A stretch of DNA of 64,000 nucleotides from contig CAJINV010000007.1 of assembly GCA_905178155.1 (NCBI GenBank), positions 4,490,258 through 4,554,257 on the forward strand, written 5' to 3'. The notes beneath the pieces were generated by a model. The model was given only the letters and a program-made list of their open reading frames with translations, was not told where the DNA came from and did not search any database. The DNA is from Amoebophrya sp. A120 (taxonomy: Eukaryota; Protista; Dinoflagellata). Both the position numbers and the translations under genes were made by a program. Positions 36,848 to 48,802 of the stretch are shown piece by piece. Position 1 is the stretch's first letter. Each line of letters begins with the position of its first letter.

Positions 36848-38980
36848 CTACATTTTCCATCCCTTTTCCTTTTCCCTGGGACTTTTCTGGGGGCGCGCTA
36901 TTCGCGGTGAGGGTGATGGTATCGAATCCTGCTGCAGTGTCTGCATTGGCGTCCTGACGCTGTTACTCCCATTCAGCCCGCGCTTTGGCCTCCCTTCTTT
37001 CTCCAACAGCGGCCGCTCCCTTTCATCCATGACTGGTGATCTCCCACGGCCCAAATCAAGATTCACAAAAGTCGCCTTCGCCCCTATATCCGCCGGGCCT
37101 CGTCCCACAGCCCTTGGCGGCATCTCTATCACACGCCATAACGCTCGCGGCGTGCTGGTGCTGCGCTCGGTGCCCTCAGGCGTAGTTCGAAGCTGTTGTG
37201 ACCTATGATCGCTCGTCATAGCGGTAAATCGATAATCTAAATCTTGATCATGGTCCTCGTCCATGCGAAAGTTTTTCATTCTTTCCGGCACATGTTCCTT
37301 CGACAAGGTGCTTCGCCTCTCCAGGGTGAATTCCACCAGATCGATGCCAAAAAGCTGGTGCTCCGCACTCACCACAAGGTTGTCCGTGAACTTCAACAAA
37401 TAAAAAGTGAGCCCGCACGTCACCACCGCCCAAATGGTGATCGCAAAAAGCCCGATAACCTGCGCGTGAAGTAAAGCGGTGCTTGGAGGCGTATTCGCGG
37501 TTGCAGTCTTGAAGAACCCCTTTTTTTCGTCGAAAAGCCCAACCGCGAGCAGGCCCCAAATGCCACAAGCCCCGTGCACCGGAAAAGCAGCGACGGGGTC
37601 GTCGATCTCCAGTGTCAATAAAAGTACAGTAGCGAACTCCACAACGACACCTGATATGATCCCGATCACCATGCTGTCCCACAGATCCACACTGGCGCAG
37701 CCAGCGGTGATGCCAACGAGGCCGCCCAGCATGCCGTTGGCGAAGGCCGCGATGTCGAATTTTTTCACGCGAATGAAATTGACCAAGAAGCTCGACACCG
37801 TCCCAAAGGCCGCAGCGGTCGCCGTGTTGGTCGCGACGCGGGCGGCAGTCACGGCCTTCCCGTTTGTGAGTCCGTTCGTCGAGCCTGCATTGAAGCCGTA
37901 CCACCCGAACCAGAGGATGAAGCTGCCCACACAGATGTAAAGCATGTTTGTGGGGGCGAAGTCATCAACTTCTGTTGGTGGTGGTTGCACTGTGGTCGTG
38001 AGAGCACGGCTACTTCTAGAGGAGATAGAGATTTGACTTGCAGCATGATCACGTCTTTGACTATTACTCCCACCTACACCTCCTCTGATTTTTCTTTGGA
38101 GGAGCTCCTGACCTAGACTATGGTCTGCCGGTCTAGTACTTGATGAATTAGCATTGTCCAGCACGGCCGCGGAACCGTTCGACGGAAAGAACCGTCCGTG
38201 CCTTGGTCCGCACGCAACTGCGCCAACCAAGGCCGCAAACCCGCCGAACATGTGCACGATTCCGCTTCCCGCAAAGTCCGTGAACCCGATCTGTTTCAGC
38301 CAGCCGCCGCCCCACGTCCAGTGAACCACCGTCGGGTAGAACAGCAAGGTTAGCAAAAACGAGATCGCGGCAAAGCCCTGCAGCTTGCACCGTTCCGCGA
38401 CTCCGCCGGACACTATGGTTGCCGCAGTGGCGCAAAAGGTGTACTGGAAGAAAAAATCCGTGTAGGAGCCCCCATGTTGCTCGAAATCCTGGCTGGAGGG
38501 GAGGAAAAGAGTGCTGCCGAAAAACCCGGTTAGGGTCATTGATGTCGTCGGAGGTGAGACTGAAGCACCTCCTGCAGTGCTGCGCTGCGATCCAAAGTCG
38601 TACTCTTCCCCAAACGCGATGCCGTACCCGAGCAGATACCACGCGATCCCGGCCATGGCGGCGTCAATCAGGTTCTTCATCAGAATGGACTGAATGTTGC
38701 GTTTCTTCACGAACCCGGCTTCGAGAAACGTGAACCCCGCTTGCATGGTGAACACCAAAGCACCGCAGAGGATTATCCAGCCGGTATCGACCGCGAAGGC
38801 GAGGTCGGTTAGTTGGTGTTCTAGTTGTACGGGAGCACCAACGATCATGGGGCTGTTGAGCTGCTGCTGTAACGTGCTGTCGGGAGTGGTCGCCGTCGCC
38901 TGAATGTCTACCGCAGGTGATGCGGCTTCTGTGCTGGGCAAGCTAGCCATTGATGCCATATGGGCTGCTGCCAAACCCAT
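36848..38980 (-). CDS. AMT1: Ammonium transporter (Amt/Mep/Rh family, AMT1-like)
   Basis: MQAGFTFLEAG, FQYTFCATAATIVSGGVAER, DFAGSGIVHM, LWFGWYGFNAGS, IDDPVAAFPVHG. Confidence 0.95.
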   Translation of the reverse strand: MGLAAAHMASMASLPSTEAASPAVDIQATATTPDSTLQQQLNSPMIVGAPVQLEHQLTDLAFAVDTGWIILCGALVFTMQAGFTFLEAGFVKKRNIQSILMKNLIDAAMAGIAWYLLGYGIAFGEEYDFGSQRSTAGGASVSPPTTSMTLTGFFGSTLFLPSSQDFEQHGGSYTDFFFQYTFCATAATIVSGGVAERCKLQGFAAISFLLTLLFYPTVVHWTWGGGWLKQIGFTDFAGSGIVHMFGGFAALVGAVACGPRHGRFFPSNGSAAVLDNANSSSTRPADHSLGQELLQRKIRGGVGGSNSQRRDHAASQISISSRSSRALTTTVQPPPTEVDDFAPTNMLYICVGSFILWFGWYGFNAGSTNGLTNGKAVTAARVATNTATAAAFGTVSSFLVNFIRVKKFDIAAFANGMLGGLVGITAGCASVDLWDSMVIGIISGVVVEFATVLLLTLEIDDPVAAFPVHGACGIWGLLAVGLFDEKKGFFKTATANTPPSTALLHAQVIGLFAITIWAVVTCGLTFYLLKFTDNLVVSAEHQLFGIDLVEFTLERRSTLSKEHVPERMKNFRMDEDHDQDLDYRFTAMTSDHRSQQLRTTPEGTERSTSTPRALWRVIEMPPRAVGRGPADIGAKATFVNLDLGRGRSPVMDERERPLLEKEGRPKRGLNGSNSVRTPMQTLQQDSIPSPSPRIARPQKSPREKEKGWKM

Positions 38981-39870
38981 CTTTGGTGTGGGAGAACAGA
39001 TATTCGAAATGGAGGGCGGTGATCCTCTCTTCAGATAAAATGTTTATCTTGGTCGCAAAATTGGACGTTATAATTTTGCGGGCGCGCCCGGCAGGGATAG
39101 CTCATTTATTACCGTGTAAAATTCTTCTCGGTCCAATTCCGAAAGAAGTCCTGTGGAAAATGTAGAGCGACACCGACAATAGAGACAGCAGCATCTTCGT
39201 GATGTAAGATTACGATTACGATTCGTGACAATCGCATCCGACCTCGAGGAGAGAGGAATCACAACACCACCAAAATTAATAACACTGCGAAGACAATGTC
39301 GTGGATACTTCGACCTGCTTCTTCTTTTATGACCGAGCTTCGCTTTTTTTTCTCAAAGGCATCCTTTACAAAAATGGGCAATGACAGACCAGGATCGCAT
39401 CAATCACGACCGAATGTCAGCATTCTGCTCAACCCAGACATGAGTCGCACCATCACCGATCAATATCGATAGCCGACAAAGATGGACATGATCTTAACGC
39501 TATCACAGCCGAAATTGCTAAGTGAACAACAGAATATCACATCGACAACATGACTCATGGCAAACATTTTTTTGTGGAATTTATCAGATGAGGATGAGCA
39601 CAGCCCCAGGACTAGCAGAATAGCGGAAGCAAAAACTACTGGATCTAAGCCATGAGCTCGGTTTCGTAGTGGGGAAAGCGAAAGCTACGAATGGGTACTG
39701 AATAACAGCCGTTTTCTAGTTGATCTCTGACTCTGGGGGAGATGAGGAGCTTGCATAGAGTTATAGCTATCGCGGCTAAGAACTAGTAGGGAGCATGGCA
39801 CAAAAAGAAAAATTGGGAATTCGAACGCAGACTTCCTTTATGAAAATTTGCTTAGCCACCTCCAACCCAC

Positions 39871-41304
39871 CTAACAGCAACCCCCGTCGCCTCCCAACGT
39901 GGTTGGATCGTCTACCGTTTCCCCGTCCCCCGGGGTCCACTTCTCAAACGTACCACCACCAGCCGAAACACTCCCGCCGTTTGCTGCATCGCCATTGGAG
40001 CCTGCGCCGCCGCCAGAAGATGGTGCACCGGACGAGGGGGGGCTGGTGCCCCCTGGCGTGCCCCCCGGCGTCGTCCCAGGCGGCTCGGTCTCGTGCTCAG
40101 ATAGCGGATCTTGCGAGGGATCCAGCAGGGGGTCTCCCGGGCTGTCTGCGTCGGGTGAGTCGGCGTCGGCAACTGTCGCAAAGGCCGGGGCTTGGCTGGG
40201 CGGAATGCCCGTCGTGCCGGAGGGACAGGTGCCGGTTGCCTCCCCGAGACACACGTCTTTGATGTACAACGTGTAGCCGTCACAGGTTTTCCCGATGTCG
40301 CCCTGTTCTTGCTCCGTGCGGCAGCTGCCACCCAACTGCGGGTACGTGGGCCCGCGCCCCCCGTCCGAAACGTCCGCCTTGGTTGCCACCTGCTGTCCGT
40401 TGAAATGCACGGTGTACTCCCCCGGTGCCCCCATGTCGAGGTCAATGCGGTTCCAAGCGTCGGTCGGTATTTCCGTGGTCGAGACACAATCGTCCTCCCG
40501 ACCGAATTTTTGCGCATCGTTTCCTGGGAAGGTACACAGGAGAACCTGGCCGTTCCCATAGTGCTGGTTCTGCCCGAAAATTACCTGCAGGATGCTGCCG
40601 CTGTCGGTCCAGAAAAACATTTGATTGACCCCACCGAGGGTTTTCGCAACGTCGGTGATGTAAACGGAGAAAGAAAACCGCTGGTTGTCGGGGTTGCGGT
40701 CATTGTTTGAGGACCCGTCGGCGCCGGATTGCCACAGTGGCGAAATAAAGGAGCGCATAGGGGACCTCGCAGCGTCTTGCGCGGTCCAGTATTGCTCGCT
40801 GATGCTGAAGCGCACACCCATACTGGCGTCGAAGTCTGATCCTACCCGTTGCGCATTGCAGTCGTCAAGCTGCCCTTCCGGCACGTCGCTACCGCTCAGC
40901 CAGCCGGTAATCCAGCGGGATTTTTCGTCAACGTTCCACTTGATCGAGTGACCCTGTCGGCACAGATCAGCCCTTTTCGCTCCCGTAATCCACACCTCTC
41001 CGTCCCAATCTGCAGCACCGGCTGCGTTGTTGCAGGTGCAGGACCCGCCTGTAGTTTCGAGGTGATTATGTGTTTTTTGCGCCGCGATTGCGCTCTTCAT
41101 CATCTTCGACGAAGCGGTAGTGGCGAGCTGTAATTTCGAAGCTGTGGTTTGCTTGGTGTGCTTTTTCAACTGCGTGCGAAGCGCATTCGCGAAAATACTC
41201 TGCTCTCTTTGGTGCAGACTGGCGAGCAGCAGGATGCTGCTCATGGCCGGAGATCTCCGTTTCATGATTATGCGCGCACTGTTCGTAGTACTATCATAAG
41301 GCAT
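39871..41304 (-). CDS. Unknown, probably secreted protein with a possible beta-jelly-roll (ConA / polysaccharide-lyase-like) domain and Pro/Gly/Asp-rich tail
   Basis: Long ORF with likely start MPYDST at 41304. Strand-like pattern FSFSVYI...WNRIDLD...YTVHFNGQQV...YPQLGG...LYIKDV. The fold is inferred only. Confidence 0.55.
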   Translation of the reverse strand: MPYDSTTNSARIIMKRRSPAMSSILLLASLHQREQSIFANALRTQLKKHTKQTTASKLQLATTASSKMMKSAIAAQKTHNHLETTGGSCTCNNAAGAADWDGEVWITGAKRADLCRQGHSIKWNVDEKSRWITGWLSGSDVPEGQLDDCNAQRVGSDFDASMGVRFSISEQYWTAQDAARSPMRSFISPLWQSGADGSSNNDRNPDNQRFSFSVYITDVAKTLGGVNQMFFWTDSGSILQVIFGQNQHYGNGQVLLCTFPGNDAQKFGREDDCVSTTEIPTDAWNRIDLDMGAPGEYTVHFNGQQVATKADVSDGGRGPTYPQLGGSCRTEQEQGDIGKTCDGYTLYIKDVCLGEATGTCPSGTTGIPPSQAPAFATVADADSPDADSPGDPLLDPSQDPLSEHETEPPGTTPGGTPGGTSPPSSGAPSSGGGAGSNGDAANGGSVSAGGGTFEKWTPGDGETVDDPTTLGGDGGCC

Positions 41305-42122
41305 TTTAATTTTTCGAGCCTCCACCTGGTAACTATCGTTATATAGTGCTCTTGACTTGAGGTTCAGTCTCTTGCTCTTCGAAAATGACTCGCACAATGA
41401 AAGATAGTGTCTGACTTCGGAAACACTTCTGAAGCGAATTATTACACGTGACGTTCGTACTGTAACAAGGGGGTTGCGCAAGAGGGATGAACTGCAGAAA
41501 CGTATTGAATTCGAATCGCTACTCAAAGAGGTGACGACTATGAGGAAAACAACACTTCGCCAGCTAGCAAAAATAATGAAAAGCAAAAGAGAAACGGAAA
41601 GCAAACAAGATAACAAGAACGACAACGACAAGTACGCGATTTCAATTTGCGAAGTTCTTGAGTTCCCATCGCGCACGAAATCGCGGAGGTGAGCAACAAA
41701 TTCCTACGGCATAACGAAAACGAAAAGCTGGATAGATCTTTTTATTTGGATCTTCATGCAGTACGACACACCATTGAGTACGACTAGGCACGACAACGAA
41801 GTTCTTGTAGACGATTGCAACGAAACAGTGCCAGAACGCATGGCCATGGGAACATACTACACTGTAGGAATCCACCGGCGCAGCTCGCCAAAAGGCTGCC
41901 CGCACTTCCCAGTTTATATATAGTCATGTTTTTTTCTTTCCCGGATTTGCGCTGCCAATGGAGGATTTTGCTCCGCATGGTTTGAAGGCAAGGGGAAGCT
42001 TGTTCAAATGAAGCTGTGAAAATGTCGCGTAGTTTCTTGTTTTTCATGACAATAAATCTTTGTACGTCGTAAAAACTTGAACTTTTGTCGCTCTTAGCTC
42101 TGCACACTCGTGGACAAATCAA

Positions 42123-43125
42123 TTAGAGCTTGGACACCCGTTAGAATTTTGATGGGTGATTTTATAGTGATTTTAGGGCTTTATTCTCAAGCACGGCGCC
42201 GAAAAAAAGACGCCTCATTGCCTTCAGAAGATTTCTCTACTTTTGTCCCTGAGAGCAAAGGAGAAGATACCAACAAGAGGAGACAAAGGAGGGCCAAAAA
42301 ACAAGCGCCATACCATCGGCATTCCAGGCATAATTTTTAAAAATTCAGAAGGCAAAATGCGCAATTTCCAATGCGGCGAGCGCTCCCAATTTTTGCGCTG
42401 CTTTTTTCGACACACGAGACCAAAACTGACGCCGCTAAGTCTTGCCGATGTCCCTACTACCGCCGGGATTGGCACTTTTTCGACGCGAATTCTACCTGGC
42501 CAAGTCGGCAATTTTCCATGCGGATTGGGTTTGGAATTTTTGCCGTCCGGATGTTGGTGACTTTAGCGGTGACTTTAGGGTGACTTTACGGTGACTTTAC
42601 GCGTTGCGCGCCGGCAACCTGCATGCTATGGTCGATATTTTGGCTCCAAAATGGAGAGCCAAAGCATCTTTTTTTGTTGTAAAGTCACCAGCAACTTTTT
42701 GCCAACTTTTTTGAGCCGCAAAAAAGCTGTTTTTTTAAGATGACGCCGTAACGTGCGGTTTAAAATCATTCACGATGGCGCTCGGTGTTTTTTTTTGGCT
42801 GGCCTTTTGCAACATCCACGCACAAAAACGACGAAGCAAATTCATAAGCGAAAGGAGAAAAGCGCAGTGGTGTTGGGAGCATGCTATTTTGGTGTTGCTC
42901 GCGGTATTTTTGCGACGTGTTTTTTATCGAAGTCCACCCGAAAAACATCGCCGACACCATGCAATGCCCGCCGCAATTCCTTAGCCTGCTCAGGCAAATA
43001 CTCACCACACGCCTGGCGCAGGCACACATCGACGAGCTCGGAAAATCAAAGACCTAACGCGCCCTCTCTGCATAAAATCACACTAAAATCACCAGCCTCT
43101 TTTCTAACGTCTGTCCAAGCTGTAA
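42123..43125. mobile_element. Non-autonomous TIR DNA transposon (1003 bp) with 9-bp TSD, Mutator-like
   Basis: ~52-bp imperfect TIR (ttagagcttggacacccgttagaa... vs rc ttacagcttggacagacgttagaa...). TSD acaaatcaa at 42114-42122 and 43126-43134. Internal ggtgacttta x4 at 42556-42600. Confidence 0.8.
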
Positions 43126-44437
43126 ACAAATCAATCTTCACCAGGGAAGCGTTTGCTTTGTTTTATTGGTTGATACTACGAGGACGTTTATTTGTAGCGT
43201 CTAGGCGAAAACAAAGGCGTATCTGTAAGTATCATACTTGTATTTCCCAGCACATGTAGTAGCGCGAAGGTAAAAAGCGTAGAGCCGAAAACCCTAAAAT
43301 ACTTCTTCCATTGTCGTATAGCTATTTGGCATAAAATCTTTGCCCATGTTCAAAGGAAGCTGCTGCAGGTCTTACGACTTACAGACAGTTCCCAGAACTG
43401 CGCGGAAAATTTTTCTGCTGCTGTGGGTACAGATCTAGTAGTTGAGAAAGACAATATGAAGAACGTAGTCCTCTCGGTTGTCTGTCATAAAGTTGTAAGC
43501 GCCTACATCTTTTGCCCAAGCTGGCCCGCACTCAGAAGACTTATTCTGAATACGGGGCCGGTTCTGGTCTTGGTAAGAGAACCCACTTGACAACAAGAAA
43601 TTGAGTTGCTGTTTCTGCTGCGTTTGACACGTCAACTACACAAGCAACAAAATGGGTAGCTTTTAGTGGTGTGCGTTGGAATTGAGTGATGATTGGACTA
43701 CTAGTGCTGCAAGAAGAACCCGGGTATTGGAAAGACAGTTCCTCCCTTTTCCCTCTAGTACAACCAATTTGGTCTTTAGTACTCAAATGCTGTTATCAGA
43801 CGTACTTCAAGAGCTCGTCGTGGGGACTCACACCAAAGGCGGGCTGCGCCGTCGGAGATACAATCCCGCCTCAGTGTCGCAGTCGCATCGCAAGCTCGAG
43901 TTACAAATACGACGATCAAAGGAGAGGACCTGATCTAGAAGCAGCGCCAAAAGCGAAGTCATCTGATCGTGAAGATGCCCAATAATACATAGATTAGCAT
44001 GCGAAAGCCGCTGTAATTCCATTTTTCCCGTCCCTAACAAAATGTAGCTCGCTGATAACTACCAGCAAACGAGGTTGAGCTCAAGTTCTAGATTACAACG
44101 AATCAAAGCACAGCAGAGCGGGTCCCAGTACGTAGTCGCTGCTTGGCTCTTTCTTCCAGATCTAGTTCTAGTCACTAGTCTGAAAGTGAACCTAGATTTG
44201 ATCAACCTCTTTGAACAAGAGCATTTCGTCTCTTTGAAAAGAAGTACTCCACCTTCTTGCGGCCGCTCTTGCGGCCGCTCCCCGGGTGTACAAGTTCGAG
44301 CACCAGATCCAATTCACAGATCATCACCAATTCGCTACCTACGTCGACACACCGTCCTTATTTTCTTCAGAGATGCTGCACACATCATCTTCATCGCAGA
44401 TATTGACTTTTCAGCAGCTGCGTCGTTATTTGTTGTC

Positions 44438-44495
44438 CCGAGTCGGAAGATGAACTGCTCCCGTCCGACCGAGTCGGAAGATGAACTGCTCCCGT
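44438..44495. repeat. 27-bp direct repeat x2 (period 31) downstream of the desaturase stop
   Basis: ccgagtcggaagatgaactgctcccgt at 44438 and 44469. Confidence 0.85.
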
Positions 44496-44529
44496 GTCGC
44501 TACTCCTTGATATGAAAACGGTTGTTCCT

Positions 44530-47187
44530 CTATCCTTGCGCGTTGACTGCGTCAATCAAGAAGGGCGAGATTTTGTCCGCCGTCTTCCGCAGTGTGTCGA
44601 TCACCATCAAGTTGCATTTCAAGAAAGTTTCCTTCTTGTATTCAAGGCCGTGCTTCTTGCAGAACGGCAGAATTTTCTCGTCGCGAAGTCTGCGGAGGTT
44701 ATGTCTGGGGACGCGAGGAATCAGATGGTGCACCGCTTGGAACTGGAGGCCGCCGTGGAACCAATCCATGTAGGATGGACAGTCTGTAGTTTTGTAGTTT
44801 GTACACGTTTTTGCTTTGATGTTATTGTATCCATTAAAAATTGCATTTACTTTTCAATATTATGAACACGACTTTTGTCAGCAACACAAAAAATCTACAA
44901 AGTCTTATACCAACGTCGATGGTTCCCTGGAGTTGCAGCTGGATGAAGTTCAGCTTGTCGTTCCCGAGCGGGTTCCCGTCCACGACCGGGCAGGGGAAGT
45001 GGGAGATGGTGATTTGCACGTGCAGCAAGCCCGCGACGGCGTGGGATAGCAGTAGAAACGCCACCCGTTCGCCCATGGTCGGGAGCTGCGCGACGAGCAG
45101 CGAGAACCAGGCCCAGAAGAACCCGAGACACGCGAGTTCCTTGGCCCGTGACTTACCGCCCCACCGCCGAAAAACGGGGTAGGGGGCGAAACACAGGATC
45201 AGGGACTGTGCGTAGAGGTTGAACCTGATATTAAAGTTGGGATTTCATGTTTGCTGGGTTTGTTCATGAGACAGGATACAGTTACAGTTGCAGATGGCAG
45301 CTGTTGAAAACAATCATAGAAATATTGATACTCAGCACAGGCTCCTGCTGTACCATAAATAAATGCAGATGCAAGGTAAAAAAGAGAAAGGCGTTCATAC
45401 CTTGCCAGCGCCAGGATCGGGTAGTAGAGGATGTGCTGGTACTGCAGCAGCGTCTGGGTGACCTTGTCGAAGTGGAGGGTTTTCATGTGGTACTCGGAGA
45501 AAATGTTGTTGAAGTATTTCTCCTATCAAATGTAAAAATGTCTGGGTCTGGAAGAGTGCCAGACTTGTCATGCATATTTTGTATCATGATTGATGCCTCT
45601 AATCCATGATCTAGCAACACAGATTTTTAGAGGGCTTCCTAATGCCTATTCCGCATGAGAAATGCCCTCTCCGCGTAACACAAACTGGACCCCTCTTGCT
45701 GGTCATGCAATACAGACTTTTTTTAGAATGCAGAGACAGTATCACAAGTTGCAATCATCCAGACCCAGACATTTTTGCAATGCATATCTCCGTGACCGCG
45801 AACACGGGCAGATGCTGGATATCCGGGTCGTACTCCACCGAGTTGGTTACCAGGTGGTGGACGTTGTGGGTGGCCTTCCACCAGCCACCGGAAATTCCGG
45901 ACATGGCGTTACCCCAGAAGAGGCTGTGTTAGAGTGTTTTTTTGTGATGGTAAAATTCTCGCTTCATTTGTCATCTTTACGCGCAGCAAAATATATCGTC
46001 ACGAAAGTCCTCGACAACTTCGTTTATCGGTTTCAAAGAAAAGCTCGTAAAGAAGTAGAAAAGTATGAAAATAAATCTTTTTTATCAATACCCGAGGCAC
46101 TCATCCACGAACAAAGAGTGTGAGACGCCGTTGTGCCCGGTGTCGTGGCCGATGAAGGCGACCTGCTGGAAATAGCAGCCGAGGATATCAAATGCAAAAG
46201 TGTCTGGGTCTGGAAGAGTCATGCTGTTTTGTGCATGACACAGAAGGTCTGGCATGGAAGCTCTAGCATTACAGGTTTCGAGAAGCTTCCGCAATGCCGA
46301 ATCCGCATGACAAATCCCCCACTTTGGTGGCAGAAAGCGGGCAGCTTTTGCTACCCACGCATGAGAGATTTTTCTGTTTTCTGAAATGCGCATCACAAGT
46401 TTGCACTCTTCCAGACCCAGACATTTTTGCAATCCATAGAGGAGCACCGCGGACAAAATCGTCCTGATGTAGTAGTTCTCGGTCCCGTAGACCACACAGG
46501 CGACGCTGCTGAAGAGCAACAGAAAGTATCTCAGCTGCACGCCGAGGTAGAACCACTTGTCAGCTTCGAACCAGGTCTTGTCCTTCTGGATGTCTTCCAC
46601 CATGGTGGCGAATTCCGTTTCCATCTTGCTAGCCTCCGTGTCCACGTAACCTACGAGGAAGCGTTTCAGAAGGGGAGCGACGACTTCCTCTCGGTGGTTG
46701 CCCAGGAAGGAAATCTGTGAATTTGTGGTGTTTTTTTTTTTTGTAAGGAGAACTGGAAAGAATAGGTGCTGAAATTGAATGATGCAGAACATAACCGGCT
46801 GCAATTTTGTTCGCAATGACAAAAGAAGAGCTGTGGTGCTTCCCTACGCGCCTGCACATGAGATGAAAGTATATATTGCAGTCGAAGGTAAAAAGTAGCT
46901 TGATGTTATACCGTGATATCCGACCCCCTTCCGTCTCGGAGCAGAATTTCGCCCCCGGGGTGCTGCATCATGGCCCATTTTTCTGGCACTTTGTACACCT
47001 GCTTCTTGATGATAAACAAATAGTCGCCATCGGTTTTTGCCTTCTGGGCCACCTCTTCCCTAGTGTACAGACGGTAGTTGGTCGGTCGCGCTCCTGCCGT
47101 CACCCCTCGTCTGCTGGTGCTGGCGGTCGCGTGCTCTTCAGGCACCAGCGGCACCACACTAGGGCCCCGAGGCTCGTGGATACACAT
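44530..47187 (-). CDS. Cytochrome-b5-fused front-end desaturase (delta-6 fatty acid / delta-8 sphingolipid type), 7 exons
   Basis: HPGG haem motif, HDTGH, WWKATHNVHH, DPDIQHLP and DWFHGGLQFQAVHHL boxes. Four GT-AG introns plus two introners. Confidence 0.93.
45524..45786. mobile_element. Introner, family C (263 bp)
   Basis: TIR tatcaaatgtaaaaatgtctgggtctgga vs rc tatgcattgcaaaaatgtctgggtctgga. TSD tctcc on both sides. Removal gives LPVFAVTEKYFNNIFSEYH. Confidence 0.92.
46186..46438. mobile_element. Introner, family C (253 bp)
   Basis: ~34-bp imperfect TIR. TSD gagga on both sides. Removal gives SAVLLGCYFQQVAFIGHDTGH. Confidence 0.93.
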
Positions 47188-48802
47188 AGTTGAAGTTTGC
47201 GTCACTTTGCCCAAGGTGTTGTCGTGTTTTCAAAAAGAAAAAAAAGAAAAACTAGGGTGGGACTTTTGACGTCATTGTCGAGCTTCTAAAAATGCGTTGA
47301 CAAACAATAACGTGCATCAACAAAAATTAGTGAAGATGTTGAGCTTGGGTCAACAAGGGGTAGGCTCAAAATTATTGTGTTCTTGGGTCCTGAGGCGAGA
47401 TTTGTGGGGACAAAAGGTTTATAAATTTGAATACTGTTTTTCGGGACACATTAAAAAATCGACGTGGTTTTTTTTTCGATGCTTCTGCTTTTAGGTTTCT
47501 GGGTGGAAGACGGTCTTCTACGTAGAACAATTTGAATTTCATCCCGAACAGCCGTAGATCCATTTCCCAAGCATTTTTTTGTACGATAATTCATTTACGT
47601 CATCTCTCGATGTGCGTCTTAAGCACTGGAACTGGTGTACGAAACCGATTCAAAAAATGCGGCTGCTTTTACTTTTTTCGTTTTTGTGGTTTTTATTTTC
47701 CACTTTGCCGCGGGATTTCGTGAAATACGAAACATGAAGACCGAAATTTCGTTTGCTGCTTCAGTTTCCACTCTGTGTGTCTTTTTGGGGTCTTCTATTG
47801 CTTATTCTACGAGAAAGAACGAAAGCGGCAAGTAGCGCATGGTGGACCACACGGAAACAGATGTGATAAGTAGAATACCTATAACGCCCCGTCTGCTCTC
47901 GTTGTTTTGTTCTTCGTGAAAATGAGGAGCAAAAACTACGGTTGTACGCCGAACAAGCCGAACACATCCAATTAAACTAATCCACGGCAACAGTAGGGCT
48001 GCGAGCCGAGGAGCGGAAAGCCAAAAACCGGCTCAAGTAATTGATGATGATTTTCTGTACAACCAGCGATTTCGGTCCTTCTGAGAAAATTTGATGGGTT
48101 ACACGAGCACGAGAGAGTGAGAATTTCTCCCGAAGAGAAGATCTCCGACCGGGAAAACTCTGCATTCCTTCGATTCATTTTCATTTTTTCATGACAAAAG
48201 TTATACACACAAAGTTCGTTTTTGTTCTTGAACGTTGTATCAATCGCGAAATAGTAGCAACATCGAGTTTCTGCGACACGTTTTTTGGAATCATGTAACC
48301 AGTCACCAAAAAAACAACAATCTGCGCTCTAGCTCATGTACGTGTAGTTTTTCTACCAGGCTGTACAATATGGAGAACGATCTGGCGATCATTATTTGCG
48401 TCTATCATCTCTGAACAAAGCCGCATCTATTTCTGGTATAGCAAGAACAGGTGACACTGGCATTGATTTGCGTGATCTGGAAATCTTCAAACCTGTGGTG
48501 AAACAAAAATCGAATTTCTAAGAAGCAAGCTTCTAGAAGAGTTTTGTACGGTCATCGTTTCGTTAGAGCATCCGTCCCGCTGTTATCATTGAGAAAAACC
48601 GCAGGTCCAGACGCTAAATAATGTCGTATCTATGTATGAGTATGTATGAAAAAAATGATTACTTCTGTGTGCAAGAACCTGAGCACGTTTGCTAGAAAAT
48701 GTTCCGCATGTGATAAAAGACAACTGTTAAAGTTGCTCGAAATCAGTCATTGTTTCATTGTAATTGTTGGCTTGACATTTGTGATGGCGGCCGAGGTAGC
48801 CA

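Noticed and set aside
37965-38160. ~65-aa low-complexity insert in the AMT loop as a cryptic intron
   Set aside because: In frame, with no TIR/TSD or convincing splice sites. Long loop insertions are common in the proteins here.
42556-42600. Short repeats as a CRISPR array or telomere seed
   Set aside because: No spacers or cas genes, and only isolated tttaggg units. Better explained as internal transposon repeats.
42637-42646. attttggctc partial DinoSL match
   Set aside because: Only 10 nt, inside a transposon and on the non-gene strand; likely chance.
43260-44100. Short ORFs as a possible transposase remnant
   Set aside because: No recognisable motif. No autonomous introner transposase was found anywhere in the window.
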